Shown here: positions 12,401-26,000 of the stretch, one piece after another | How positions within the stretch are numbered: position 1 is the stretch's first letter | How the letters are laid out: every line of letters starts with the position of its first letter | Assembly: GCA_030141605.1 (NCBI GenBank) | Contig: JAQGDQ010000008.1 | Span: 248,001 to 312,000 of the forward strand | Reading direction: 5' to 3' | DNA length: 64,000 nt | Source: Tubiluchus corallicola | Lineage: Eukaryota; Animalia; Priapulida | Program-made: the position numbers and the translations under genes | The notes under the pieces: generated by a model | Told to the model about the DNA's origin: nothing | The model's database searches: none | The model's input: the letters and a program-made list of their open reading frames with translations, nothing else

Positions 12401-15400
12401 TTGCAAATGATTTGGCGTCATAGCAAACTTTTTCCACTACTGTCTGTTAATTTAACATGTGACAAAATTCATATTTGCATTATATCAAATTTTGCTTTAC
12501 ATTTTTATGCATGAGGATTTGAAGAGACAGGCAAAAGTGTAATTAGCACCCTATCTATCGTCTAAGTTCTTACAAAGTACTGACTATGACTGATATTATA
12601 ATCTGTACTGTTGAGTGGGTTACTCATTGCCTGACACTTTACTTGTTACCAAACAATACCTTAACCGTAGAACGCACTATCCTGACAACAATTCAATCTG
12701 CAAGCCGGTCTTTTGTACAACCTGTTTCGGTCAACACTAATTATTTTTCTCCCCTGGTTAAGCAAAGTTTGATAAGGGGCCTTTCACACAAGACACTGTA
12801 CTGCGCGTTTCCCAAGGCCGTGGAAAACGTTTACATTGGATACCGGCTTAGAAAAACGGTGTTTTCATATTCGCTTCATAAACACCTTTAAGGAAAAAGT
12901 GGTTTCTGATGAGGCTGCTCTGTAAGTCTTTTGTGAAAAGAACATTGAGGTATGGGAATACTTTTTGCTTTTTAACACATATCCGGTTTGATGAAATGTT
13001 TCAACGGCAGTAGTTAGCATAGCTGGGATAGGCCGAATATTTTTTCTCGCACCTTTGCTCTAACTTCAGGTGTTTGTATATGCGCGCAGTCGTTTATGCT
13101 TCTTGGTTAGCATCAGTTCTGCAACTTTCTGCTTTGTGAGATTTATAAGCTTTAATTTACATAATTTTAGTTTATTATTTGCTGAGAATTTTTGATTCAC
13201 TCTCATTTCATAAAAGCGAAAGAACATAAATTCACCAAACGCTTGCCAAATTATTATTTTAATTCATTTAATTTATTAACTTATTTTCGTTTATTACGTC
13301 TGCGTACAGTACTGCCGTAGAAACTATAATTAATGAATGCCAAAGAAATAATGAGTAATCAATGACAAAATATCGATTCGATTTTCTTTGGCATTTGACA
13401 TTCAATTCTTCAATTTTACACCGTTCTCCAATCTTCAGTAGTTTATGTATAAATCCATTCAGACTTTTCTGCAAATGTCTTTGGAAAAATTTGAGCCAAG
13501 TGAATCCAGCACAAAAGTCTTCTGATAACTCTTGGTATGGGAACAAGACTGTAGATTGCACAATGAATTGACGGTAGACCGTTTTCGTTCTCACTCTCCT
13601 AAGAATAATGTTTTTTACTGCATTTTTGTGATTTTTTAACCGTTATTCCTATAGGCCCCGAAAGCATAAAAAACTAAATTTACATAATTATAGTGTGAGT
13701 AATTGGGTTTAACCACCTCAGAATTGTTAAACGAAACCAATTATACAAAAATTATGTTTATGACCTTTCTGTGCCCAAAACTTAAATGTTTGAGGTTTAA
13801 GATGGCACAGTAATTATACTTAAGACAAGGTTAACTCATTATACATGCGAGTCAGTAAAGTTTAATTAAAGGTGCTGCTGTATTAACTAGAAGCCTTATT
13901 GCCATTATTTCTAACACGCAGTTAAACAAATCGTCCTAAACAAGGCCAGTTGCTATTTGAGGTAAAGCACATCAATGGAAAGATAAAAATAAGAAAGCAA
14001 GTACAGAAAAATAGATTTCTTGTAATTAATTTGTTAGTGATAGAAGGTAACTGCTAACGCTTTTGTCATGGTTAAAAGGCCAAGAATTTTCTGGCCAAAA
14101 TTCCACAGAGCAGAAGCCCGAGGAAAAACGTGGATTTATAAAAAGCGTCTAAGAATGTCGAGATAACGTTCTACAAAGGTGCTGTCTAATAACCGCGGAC
14201 TTAGTGTATTTTATCACTATTTTATCGTTATCACCAGACTTGGACGTTGTCATTTTACCATTCAGATATTGTAGTTTTGTTTTGTAAGCAACAGTTCATT
14301 CATACAACATTCTGCATTTTCACGCTGCCCGCAGGGACGCTGCATTTACCTCTCCGCGCTGTTTATTGCTTACTAAATCAATTTATGGTGGCAAATCACA
14401 ACCCATGTGCCCCACCAAGGAGAGCTTTCACGTAGACCAGTTCTTTGAAAAGTGCCTTTGACGAAACTGGACATTACTCTTTATTGGTGTGTCGATTATA
14501 GTTTTTTCTTTGTCAGCAACTTCCAATAATTTTCACCACCCGAGGCGCTGCGTAAAAATACATGTGACATGCAAGGAAATTACTTTGGCCCTCCTATAAT
14601 GGATAATTACGATCGTTGTACGGCTTTCACTAGCTTTCATTCAGAATAATTTAATGTAGGGCTATTAAAAATAGAGCATCTTTAAGTATAGGGTATCATA
14701 TGCTGCACTGCAATTATGATGAAGTAATAATAGATTTTAAGATTTCACTCGAGATTGGAAAACTCAAGTTTTCCATTTTTGTATCTCAGTGACGTGTTAT
14801 TACATCAGTTCAAGGTTTAAGCTTGAATGCAGATTTCCTTCAAGTGAAAGAAATAAGTTTGCGTTTTATCAAATTTTATGTTCCTGCGATCTTTATTAAT
14901 TTCAGCGTGGTAGTGTAGTTTCTAAAATACTCACTGGCATAGCGAGAGTGGGCACACGTTCGAAGACGAGATTAGTCAATCTAGTAAGTCTAATCTCTGA
15001 GGAGGATCACTTGTCTCTACTACTGCAAAAATTATTCAAGAGTCATTCCCTTTGTAGCTATAGTGTATGTTTAGCGACTGAAGTTAAAGAGGGCTGGGTA
15101 AGGTTTGTAAGTGGTTTGGTAGAGAAAACTGTCATCTGCCACACTGCCATACTATCAGCTATTCCTTGTGGAGTAGATGTATTCATATGGCTGAAACACG
15201 TCTGCCAATTCAATGTCTTGTCTTAGAGGATATCTTTGAGGGTATACTCCAGCCTCGCCGCAGCTGCTACATTAAATAAGCCCTGATATTGAGTGCTTCG
15301 TCCCGTCGCGAACTTGCTAAACTACTTCAGAAAGTATCTATCTTATTTTTTATTATATGTGCACAATGAAATGATTTTTATTTCCCACTCAATCACGAAC

Positions 15401-18400
15401 TTCAATATGTTATTAGCAAGATTTTTTCCCATCTCACCGTGATTTGTTAGCTTTCCTGCCTTTTTTCACATGCGTTTTCGCTTGAAATTGGCTTGCTAGA
15501 TTTAATCGTAAACTAATTTCCAATAAGAATGCAGACTTATAATTCATGCCCATTCCTCCAGAGGTCAACAACTGCTGTTGGCTGAGTTAACTTTAGGTAA
15601 AATCATAATCTTGATTTTTGACTTTGCTTATAAACCTGTCCCATTATTTTCTTATCAATCCTACTGTGCGACTGCCCAGTGGTCAAGTGAAACTATGATT
15701 TTTCACTTTAGTGGATTATTGCTTAAGATAATGCGATCTGGGAATGTCGAATTACCGTCGGGTCCTTTTCAATTTAGGTCTTGCATGAGGAGAATGGAGG
15801 CAACCGCGCGTGTAGGAATTGCGTGCCTTGCGGCCGAGTATTTGCAAAAATATAATAAATGAAAATTTTGCTGTTAGATGGCAGCAGTGCGCAGTGATTT
15901 TCTGATCAACTGACTGTACTATCAGTTACGGTACGCACAAACATATATTTTTTATGTGGCACTAAAGTATTATGAGTAGGTGGGCGTATATTCGGACCAG
16001 CAATAGAAAGCTGTTTCATTCTGTAATAAAAATGCAATTACAATAGCGATATAAATAGGTCAGTTAGTTCATTAATTTTGCACAGCCTCGTTTTTCAAAA
16101 TTATTGGTTAAACTTGCCCAATGACAGTAATAATTACAAATATCCTTATTAGGCGTCATTTTGAACAATCATTTTTAGAAACTTATGCAGTGAGCATAAT
16201 GAACAAAGCATACCAAATGATAATTAAAGTAATTATGTAATTCCTGATCATTCATTAAATAATTCTGTTCATTTTCCGAAGAATTTCAGATTTATGACGT
16301 GTGTGAGGATGTCATTTTATCACATTGTAAATGTGGATGTTCATCAGGCCTCATGTTACAAAAACGCAGTGTATTTTTGTAGTAATTTAAGAACGAAATT
16401 GAAAACTAATTAACATTTTACGATATCAAAATGTAAAAAATAGGCTAAACGAAAAATAAAACTAATTAACAGACAATAATTAACAGAAACAGGCACTTAA
16501 TGAAAATTTCATAAAAAAGATTGAAGAATTAATTTTAAATTTCTTTAGAGAACTTTTCGTATAGTGAATGCATTCATTTTCTAATGTAGTATAAGCGCAG
16601 TAAAAAACAAATGTGGTTATTCATTCATTTTCGTTGGGCCTTTGCTTTGGGTCAAAACTGCTAACTAATCGCAATAGCATTAAACCATGACAAAATATTG
16701 AAGCAATGGAATGGTTTAGAAGTGGATTTGTGTGTATTTCTTTTTACAATCTATATTTTGAGTTATGTAGGCGTACTTGTACGTTATAACATGTCATACA
16801 AGAAGAAACGTCAATGACGCACGTAGTCCTTTTAAATTGCGTATGTTCATATTTTCATTTCCATTTATTCCATTTCATCGTTCCTCTTGCATGGAATATA
16901 TTTATCTTTTAAGAACGACCTGGTCTCTTTTAAAAATGTAGATTATGAACAAATACATGATTTATAAGTTCTCCGGTGACAATAGCACGTCTACGTAAAT
17001 GTTTTCCTAGTGAGTAACTTACAAATAGCTTCATTTCTATCTAAAACTTTACTCTGTAGCTTGATTCTGTTTATTTATTCACACTTAGTGTTATGTAAAG
17101 TACTTTATTCGTCTTAAATTGCACATGAAGTGAAATCACAGCAGGTCTCAGTTTTTTAGTAGAACTTCAGAATATAAACGGAGAATTTTTTTAGGTAATC
17201 TAATTTGTGATACCAAAAACGTTAAAACGGAGAACGACATTTAATCAAAATTAAAAGAAGCCAGGATGCTCTTTCATATACTACCCCATTTTCAAGTCCG
17301 AAAAAAGCATGCATTTCAACACAATTAATACTGCAAATGCGTTTCTGAAAATTAAATAATAGATTAAAAACTAAATTAACGGCAGGACGAGCCGAACTAT
17401 TGATGACATCAAAAACTAACATAATTTTCAAGAGCAAAAATATTCCACGAGCGTGTTGCACGTATTTTCGAAAGCGAAATTGGAAGTACAGCGCTACTGT
17501 AAGACATTTAGTGCGTTGTACTAAAACTAGGTAGGTTTTAAGATAAGAATTCAAATTTAAAATTTACCGCTGTGCTGACGCATGAGCTGTCGAACGTGTG
17601 TAGTTCGTCACAGACTAACACATCTGAACTGAGAGGTACAGCGCCTATTTTGTGCATTGTGTTTCCGAAATGGAGGCGCTAGTGCCCGTCTAACTAGTGA
17701 ATGGCGAAGTGCATGTAACAGCGAAGAACTAGTGGCGCGAACGTGAAATTGTGTTTGTGTGATAATAATTCTTTCACGTTAGTCATTTTTGAAAAAATTG
17801 TATGTTTTCTTTCTATATTTTTAAGAGTAGATTGTTTTGACCTACAGTTTAAGATTGAGTCCAGTTTTGCTGTTAGTTTCGTCGTCGCTGTTTGTTGTTG
17901 TCATATACGATTGACTATGTAATTACGTGTTTCAGTTTCTGCGCCTCACCGTTCCCACATCGTAATCATCTTTATCGAAACCATACACATCATTGTGATC
18001 ATTTTAGTTAAACATCATCATTATTATCAGCATTATTATAATCATAATCGCTATCAGCAACAGCATCCTTATTATCATCGTCATCATCGATCAGCATCGT
18101 CATTACTGTCCTCGTAATCATTGTCAATGTTGTTGGCATCAGCATCATTATCAATACCTTCATCATCGTCGTCATTCCCACCACGATTATTGAAACTATC
18201 ATCATTATCGTCACCATCATCGCTGCGGATGTCTTCGTAAACATTGTCCATTGTTGCAATCATCATCACATCACCATTGCCGCCACCATCATCGACATCA
18301 TCGTCACTTTCATCAGGTTCATAATAATTGTCCCTCGTCATTATCATCAGTATCGTTATTTTCATAGATGTCATCATCAGCAGCATCAAAATCAGCAGCA

Positions 18401-21400
18401 TCTATCTGACTTCAACTTCATATATCCTAATGGACTGTTTCACTTTTATTCAACTGAGAATGAAAAGGATCCGTCCACATTATTCTGATTTGTGCATGTT
18501 TTCTTTTAGCTTTTCTGCCAAGAGATCAACGAGACCTTTGCGCTTGCAATTCAGAAGGCAGCTGTACATGTGCAGTAAACCAAGGTAAATTTTTTCTACT
18601 GATATTTGCCAATGCAAGCTATTGGGCACTTACAGCAATAGAGAGCTTTTTGCGTTTAGTGGGATAGAATTAGCTCTTTTAATGACTGCAGCAATCCTAG
18701 AGAAATTTACTGAACTGCTGTGCAGCTAATATTATTTCACTCAAGTTGTCCAAAGGAAGTTTTAATTTTTAATGTAACGGATAAAAGTTTTTGAGCTCCA
18801 GGCAGTTTGTCAGAAGTCGTGAGTTCGTATCCAGGACTTGCGTGACTTTTTTCTCTTAACACACCGAATAAGAGATTGAGGCTGTTTCTCAATAAATATA
18901 TCTTTGCAAGTGTATCATTTACAAGTAAATCTGTTTACCTATCTTGAATGAGTTTTAACCCTCAATTGGTACCACAGGCAAACACTTGCAATGTATTGGC
19001 GTGATTTTCACGGCTTAACTTGAGCTCGTACAAAATAACTTGATGTCAGATATAGCTCTTATTTGCTGGGTTATGTTAACATGAATCTATGGGCTAGAAC
19101 AACAAATTTAGTGACTTGGCTCTGAACCACGTCTGTAAAAAAGGGAACGGTGTTTCTATCAGTCAGTTTGAGTGATCATGATCACTCTTCTTTGCAATCA
19201 TGATGGTTACTAACGGGAGAACTATTTTGGAAGTTTTATATCGTTCAGGAGTCGAGTGTGGCTAAAGCAACCCTATTGAGAAATTTTGTTGTGTTGTTTT
19301 GGAATGTTATCCTTGGTAAAAAGGTAGATTCTGATCCTGCCACACTCATCTACGTTAAGTGGAGTTTTAGCTTGCGGTATACCAGGCTACGTAGAAAAAA
19401 TTAGTACTGCAATAGTTGTCGTCCTTAACATAATCATCATTATCTTATATTTATTATCAAAATCATCATCATGAGCATCACCGTTATATCATCATTGTCG
19501 TCATCATTACCATGGTCATAGCAGTAACGTATTTACAACCATCTTCAGAATCTGATTGCAGAATGTAGATGATAGTCAGGAAAGTGTTAGCTCTGGAGAT
19601 GCACAACATACAGGCAGCAACATATGAAATCTGTCTATCTACCTGTCAAAGCATTAACTAAAAAAACTTCGACTATTATTCATAATTACATTCAAATGTT
19701 TTTTTACATCTGGCACAAATATATCTTCTCTGTTCTGTATCCTTTTACCGAAATAATTGAATTTAACAGCTAAGCACAGAGGATATTTCTCCGAGGAAAT
19801 TTTCCCGATACCTGTCAAATGGTTATAACAAAATTTGATGATGCTATCTGCGCTGTCATAAGTAACAACGGCCTGCATTCCATGCAGCTTTTATTTGCAT
19901 AAAAGAAGGTATCGTGTGATTTCTGACATCGGTACCTCTTTTGAAAACGGGGGCAAACGCTCCTCAAATCCTCTTTTAATGTGGTCATTATTTGCTGTAG
20001 TATTGGTGGACGGTCAGCTGCCATAGAATAAAAACTGTTTGTTTTAGTTTTCTTCACAACTGTCATTTCCTTGGGCACACACTGAGCTCTATTAGAGAGC
20101 CATCAGCAGCATATGGATTTGGGTTAATTTAGTTCGTGTCCTTGAAACATTGCTGGTATTGGCGCTGCTCTTTGTTTTAAAGTAAAACGTGAATAGTAGG
20201 CTAGTTAGTCATCTCCAGTGTAATTGTGTAATTAAGACTTTTTCTTTATTGGAGTTAAATACAACAAGAATTCAAACAGTCCTCGTCGATTTTTTGTTTT
20301 ACGTTGTGATAAAGACTAGCATGCTAAAAACCACGTGTTCAAATCCATGCAGGTATTATTTCTGCTTTTTCATTTCTGTCACTGAAATTGACGAAAGGAA
20401 AAAATGACGTTGATTTTTTTCCGTAATTCTTATAGAAATGTATACACCCGCAAAATGATTTACTACTATGCTGTACATTTCCCTACATACAGTGAGCATG
20501 TATGATGATAAACCCTTACAAACTAACTTCTTTGTATGATTGTATCCTAAAGATAGCATGCACTTGAGATCCCACCCTCTCTGTCAGGTAGTCATGGTGA
20601 CAAAGTATATTTTCTGCAATTTTGAAGGATAATTTCGTGAGCCCGGTGAAAGCAAATTGCTCTGAAAATACTTGAGACGGCATGGCGGTGTTGCCCTGGC
20701 CAGGTGGGGGTGTTCATGAGTGTATGGAGGAGCAGCTATCGCATACCCTGCCTCATTGTATTAGAAGACTCGAAGACTCCTAACATACTCGTATGTAGAT
20801 GCCAATTTGTTGTAAAACAGCATTTTTAGTGCAGAATGAAGTTTCTTTCAGCAATTCTTTGACAGTTCATTATTGCCTAGTGTATCCAACTAGGGCGCGG
20901 GTGGTAACCGAAGGTTCAAGTTATAACTAGGGTGCCCTATTTACATATGAGAATTGAATTTGGGACTGCATTTTTTTGCAGATTTGTTAGGTTCATTTAT
21001 TAGTTTATTACAGGCTCTTGGCCGCATTGCAGAACAGTTTTGTATTCAAGTTTTCGGCGAATTTTTTTTCTGTAAACGAACTAACGCTTCCCATGTTGAA
21101 CAAAGCCTTCTCCTAAACCGTTTAGCAAAAAACACGTTAAAATTTAGACACTGGGACAAGCGTTTAAACACCGGAATTGTTCTTCATTTCATCTTACTCA
21201 GCCCTGTAAAATACGCCAGTTTTTTGTCGAAAACCCACACAGTAACGCCATTGTACTCACATCACATCTTAACTTAACTCGGTCACGTGATCGTTTTAGC
21301 AGACGATCAGCGCAACGTGCGGATTTGCGCATGTCACTCGAGCAGTTACACCTGCATGTGCTAAAGGCTGAATATAATATTGTAGAGAATTTAGAAGTGT

Positions 21401-22943
21401 TATTATGTCAAAATCTTCAGTTTATAGTTTACAAGGAAACGTTTCTTGATGGGATACTAGTATGGAAGATTATTCACTGGCAACTACGTTGATGTGGTGT
21501 TAAATAGAAAATGAAATAAGAAACATGCATCACGGCCCGCGAACCGGTTACGTTGAATGTACACCAACAGCAATCGTCAGATTAATTATCGGATACTCGT
21601 GTTCATTGAGTTTTGGATAAACTTATTATAATTCGTCATGCTAAAGCATACAGTAAAGGTTAAGAGAGCATCGGGTATGACAGGTTTCACTTTTAATTAA
21701 CAAAGTTTTAATCTCGTCATTCTCATCATGAAATTTACCTGTGCAAGTGAACAAAAACCGCTGTTTAAACTGGCATGATTTTAAAGTTTCAAAACTGTAA
21801 GAATAACAATGTCACTTACTCGTGAAGTTTGCACGGAATGTGAATCCTGTGTGCATGATCTTAAAGCATCTATCGCAATCTTAAGCCCTGTGTCGTAATT
21901 GTAATTCTACATCCAGTATAAATATAGTATCATTATTATAAATCATGTTTTGTAACCATAAACCGTATATTGTAATTGTGAGCCCTACATCGTAATCGTA
22001 AACCCTATATCATAATCGTAAACCCTTTATCATAATCGTAAACCCTATATCGTAATCGTAAAGCCTGTATCGAAATTGCAAATCCTTTATCTTAATCGTA
22101 AACCCTGTATCATAATTGTAAACCATGTGTCATAATCCTAAACCCTGTATCAATCGTAATCATAAACCATGTATCACAGTCGTAAATCCTGCACTGTAAT
22201 CATAAACTCGTAATTGTAACCCTGTATCATAATCGTAAACCCCGTATCCGTGCTTATAAACACTGTATCATAATCGTAAACTAAATATCTGTGCTTATAA
22301 ATCCTGTATCTTAATCGTAAACCCAGTGTCTGTGCTTATAAATCCTGTATCGTAATCGTAAACCCTGTGTTGTGGTTGCAAACTCTGTATCCTAATCGAA
22401 AACCACGTGTAATGTAGTCGTAAACCTTGTATTGTAATCTTACTTTAAATAAGAAATTCATCCTAAAGCCTTCTCATAGCAGAAGTGTGAGAATCAAATC
22501 AAAAAATGTTATTTCATTAAATTCCCCAAGAACTATTTAATCTTGCCCTCGGACATTAGGATTAGAAATCTCGTTAAAAGAAAGAGGTGTCTCTTTCCGA
22601 AAAGACCTCCTTTGGTGTACCTCCTTTAATACATAAAGACCTTTGTCCCTAGACTGGTTGTGAGCGGTTATCACCTCTGTGATACTAGGAGAAATGAAAT
22701 CCAGTAATCGATGTCTGACAAATGTTTACCGCTAGTAGTATGTTTATCATCCATAGTATAAGAATAGCTTAACGTTTAATTTCCCTTTATACTTGAAAAA
22801 CGAGACTAGTCGTGAAACTCCACTTTAGGACTGGAGCTTCTTTATGCAAGAAGAACTGATCTGTTCGAGAACATGATAACTCTACATATGATCCTATAAA
22901 TTCGATACTTTAAACTTGGTGCCTTACTAGATATTATGATGAC

Positions 22944-23000
<57 letters not shown>

Positions 23001-26000
23001 GGAGGGAGAGAGAGAGAGAGAAAGAGAGATCTTAGTATGTAGTGCCCTCCCTGTAGTTACATTTGATTGTTCGTCTTTATACAAAGTTCATATTATGCTT
23101 GTCCGTGTATATGAGTAATCATTGCACTCTAATATAAACTTCATATTATAAACTTCACCATCTTAGGTCTCTCATAAATCAAACCTTCAGCCGGAACATG
23201 GAACATAAAGGAACCTAAAACGCTCCGTCTTTCTAGATGATTTATGCACCCACAACTCAAACGCGAGCCAAAGTTTTACCTGCAATTACCTGCTCACCTG
23301 CCGAAATTTAACACGTCAAGTGAATTATCGTCTCTTAATTGCAGGTAGCAGGTAAGCTCTTTGTGTTGGAGAGCATGGGGATTAATTTGCTTCTTTAAAT
23401 CAATAACATGCATTAGACTAAATGCTGTATATGCAAGATGATGGAAGGCTGCCTGTTAATTAAATATGGTTGAAAATTGGTTAGCATCCAGTTAAAATAA
23501 TAATCAGCTTATACTGTACTCAGGTTTGGACTTTAAACAATGCTAACCTGTTAAATTTGATTTTTGCTTCTTTTGGTACAATATAATTTATAATTACTGT
23601 TTTTATATCAACGGTCCTCCCGAAGAAGGTCAGTGGCAACTCAGAATATGGGCTACAGTAGAAAGGACGGCGGAAAATATGAATGCAGAGCTATAAGACC
23701 GTAGAATTCTTGTAATTAATTTCCTAATATTAGGTGCTGCATCTTGAAGCAGGGCAAGGTTGCGTTTAGCAGGAAAATGATTTTCTTGTAAAGAGTTCCA
23801 AAGCTAAGAAACCCGAGGAAAAGGGAATTTATAAGAAGCAGAAACAAAGTGCTCTACGGCCAGGGGTCTTAGCAGCATTACATTCTTCCATAAAAGTAGC
23901 AATAAATGAGGCTTTTGCGTGTGAGCAAACGATTCACATTTGACTCATAATTTGTCCTAAACCAGACCCAAACAGATTGACAATACAGTTTTGCAATATT
24001 CTGATTCTAAAGATTACGTGCGACACTCTGTTCCGTGACACTGAATTAATTTGAGTTGATTTCCTAAGCGCTTGTGGAACAAATAAGAACGTAGAAGTCG
24101 AATGCCTTCCTTGCACAGTTGGATCCTAAACGTTGAACAGCCACTTGATCACAAACAACGCGATTTATCAAGCTTCAATTTACTATCACGTGTAGCATAA
24201 TTCAACAAGCTTAATTAGTATTAAATACTAATGACATCTAGTTGATTCATCTTATTGATTTTTTTATTTTAGTTGCGAAAAATGAGGTTCCGGTGCCCAA
24301 CTGGGAAGACATGATGGATGAACTGACTGAATTAGGTAAGCAAGAAACTGGAGTGGAAGATGCGAAGTATACTTGCTCTCTTCTTCTTTTTTAATAATTT
24401 AGGAAGATCATAGATTTATCTTTTCATGACTTGTGAAAACAAAGAGGACCAATCCCTTTTGCCTGAACCTAGATTCACCCTTCGTATATCCTATGATTGC
24501 CGCAGCGGTTCATCTTTTTTCAAAATTCTTAAGTTTGAGCCGGCTTAAAATATGCGGATTATCTCTTAAAGAAGCTGACAGTTCGTTTGTGCGTAACAGG
24601 TAACATCAAACTGCGATGAACCGCTCTGTGCGCGGCTCTTTGGTTAACCAATTGAGTGGAAGAAAAAGATAAACCACCACACAACACTTCCTAACCATTT
24701 AAATTAAACTGCTGTTGATCTATAAGGTAGATAATACAATTGTGTGGCTGATATTGCTATGCATGTTTGACTCCACAATGTGCCTCTCTCTGTGACCTAT
24801 ATGCTTGTGTGGTGTATTACAGTATCGTACATAGAATGACAGCATGATTGTGTGACCGCAGGAGGAGGGTTGCAAAAGCGTGCCGTTTTTTTATTTGGAG
24901 GGCTGTAATGTCGGGAATGGCTACATTCTGAAACTTTTTGTGTTTTTTAATTCACTAATTTTGCTATCTGAATCTTGGAGTCGCCAGACTGGAAAAGTTT
25001 AGGATGGTGATTGGTTGCGCTTTCGATACATAACTGGTCTAAGCCTGTTGCCTCCCTTAATGTTTTAGCTCCCTTGTCTTTCTTTGCTATTTTTTTCAAT
25101 GACAATGGTTTCTTAAACAATACAATCATTATATTATTTTACAGCCATTTTTCACCTATTACTTCTCTTACGAATGCGTATCATAGATGTAATTGTGCAA
25201 AAATTACAATCAGCACGCTTCTGTGTGCGAGTATTTTCAGCTTTAAACATTATTAACTAGTGCCTACTGTTTGGATTACTACTATATCATGAAATGAACG
25301 TATAAAATTTACAGGGAAACGTAAACCTATTCAAATGAGCTACTATGTAAATAATAATATAGGTTAGTCCATGTTCAATCATAATAATCTTACCTTTAAA
25401 TCATATTTATAAATAAATAAAGGTTAAACAATAATTATGTGTCTGTTGAAGGGATTAGATTTTATTGAATGTGTCAAAAAAGGATTAAATTCGAACCTGA
25501 AGCTGAGATCATGCGAAAACTGTTCCACAAGGTCAAGAAACATTATGTGCTGTTGTTTTTATGCTTTTATTACAATTTATTTTAATAAACCTCTTTCACG
25601 GAACTGCACAACAATGTGTAGGATGATCTGCACTGTACTCAGTCTAATAAACCTTTGATCAGGGTACCTTTAGTGGGAGGGTCGACTTTACCAAGTAGCT
25701 AAGGTCTTGAAACTATGATACCTCAGGCTTCAGCCCAATTTCCTTCGACTCATAGTCCTCAAAATGCACTTAGGAGTTAATGCATCAGTTAATATTAATA
25801 GGGTGCGGTTCTATAATATGAGATTTATATTTTGCTATGAAAGGTTAGTACGTTTTAAGAAAATTTGAAAGGCTACAATGTTGTGAACAAGTTGAAGCCA
25901 AAATTGTAACTGTGGTCAGTGGGTTAAGTGAACTAATAAGCCAAGTGTGTAAGAGCTTCTTGAAAAACCAGTCTGAACAGTATGCAAAGAAGTGAAAGAA

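Noticed and set aside
15778-15837. Possible 60-nt exon (VLHEENGGNRACRNCVPCGR)
   Set aside because: Open in phase 0 but has a stop in the phase-1 frame required by FBXL7; weak donor.
18008-18401. Asp-rich and Met/Ile-rich ORFs
   Set aside because: Translations of a decayed (CAT)n tract; no splice or domain support.
21850-22440. Regular repeats as a possible CRISPR array
   Set aside because: Tandem units with no unique spacers, eukaryotic context, no cas genes; the same applies to 49681-49860.
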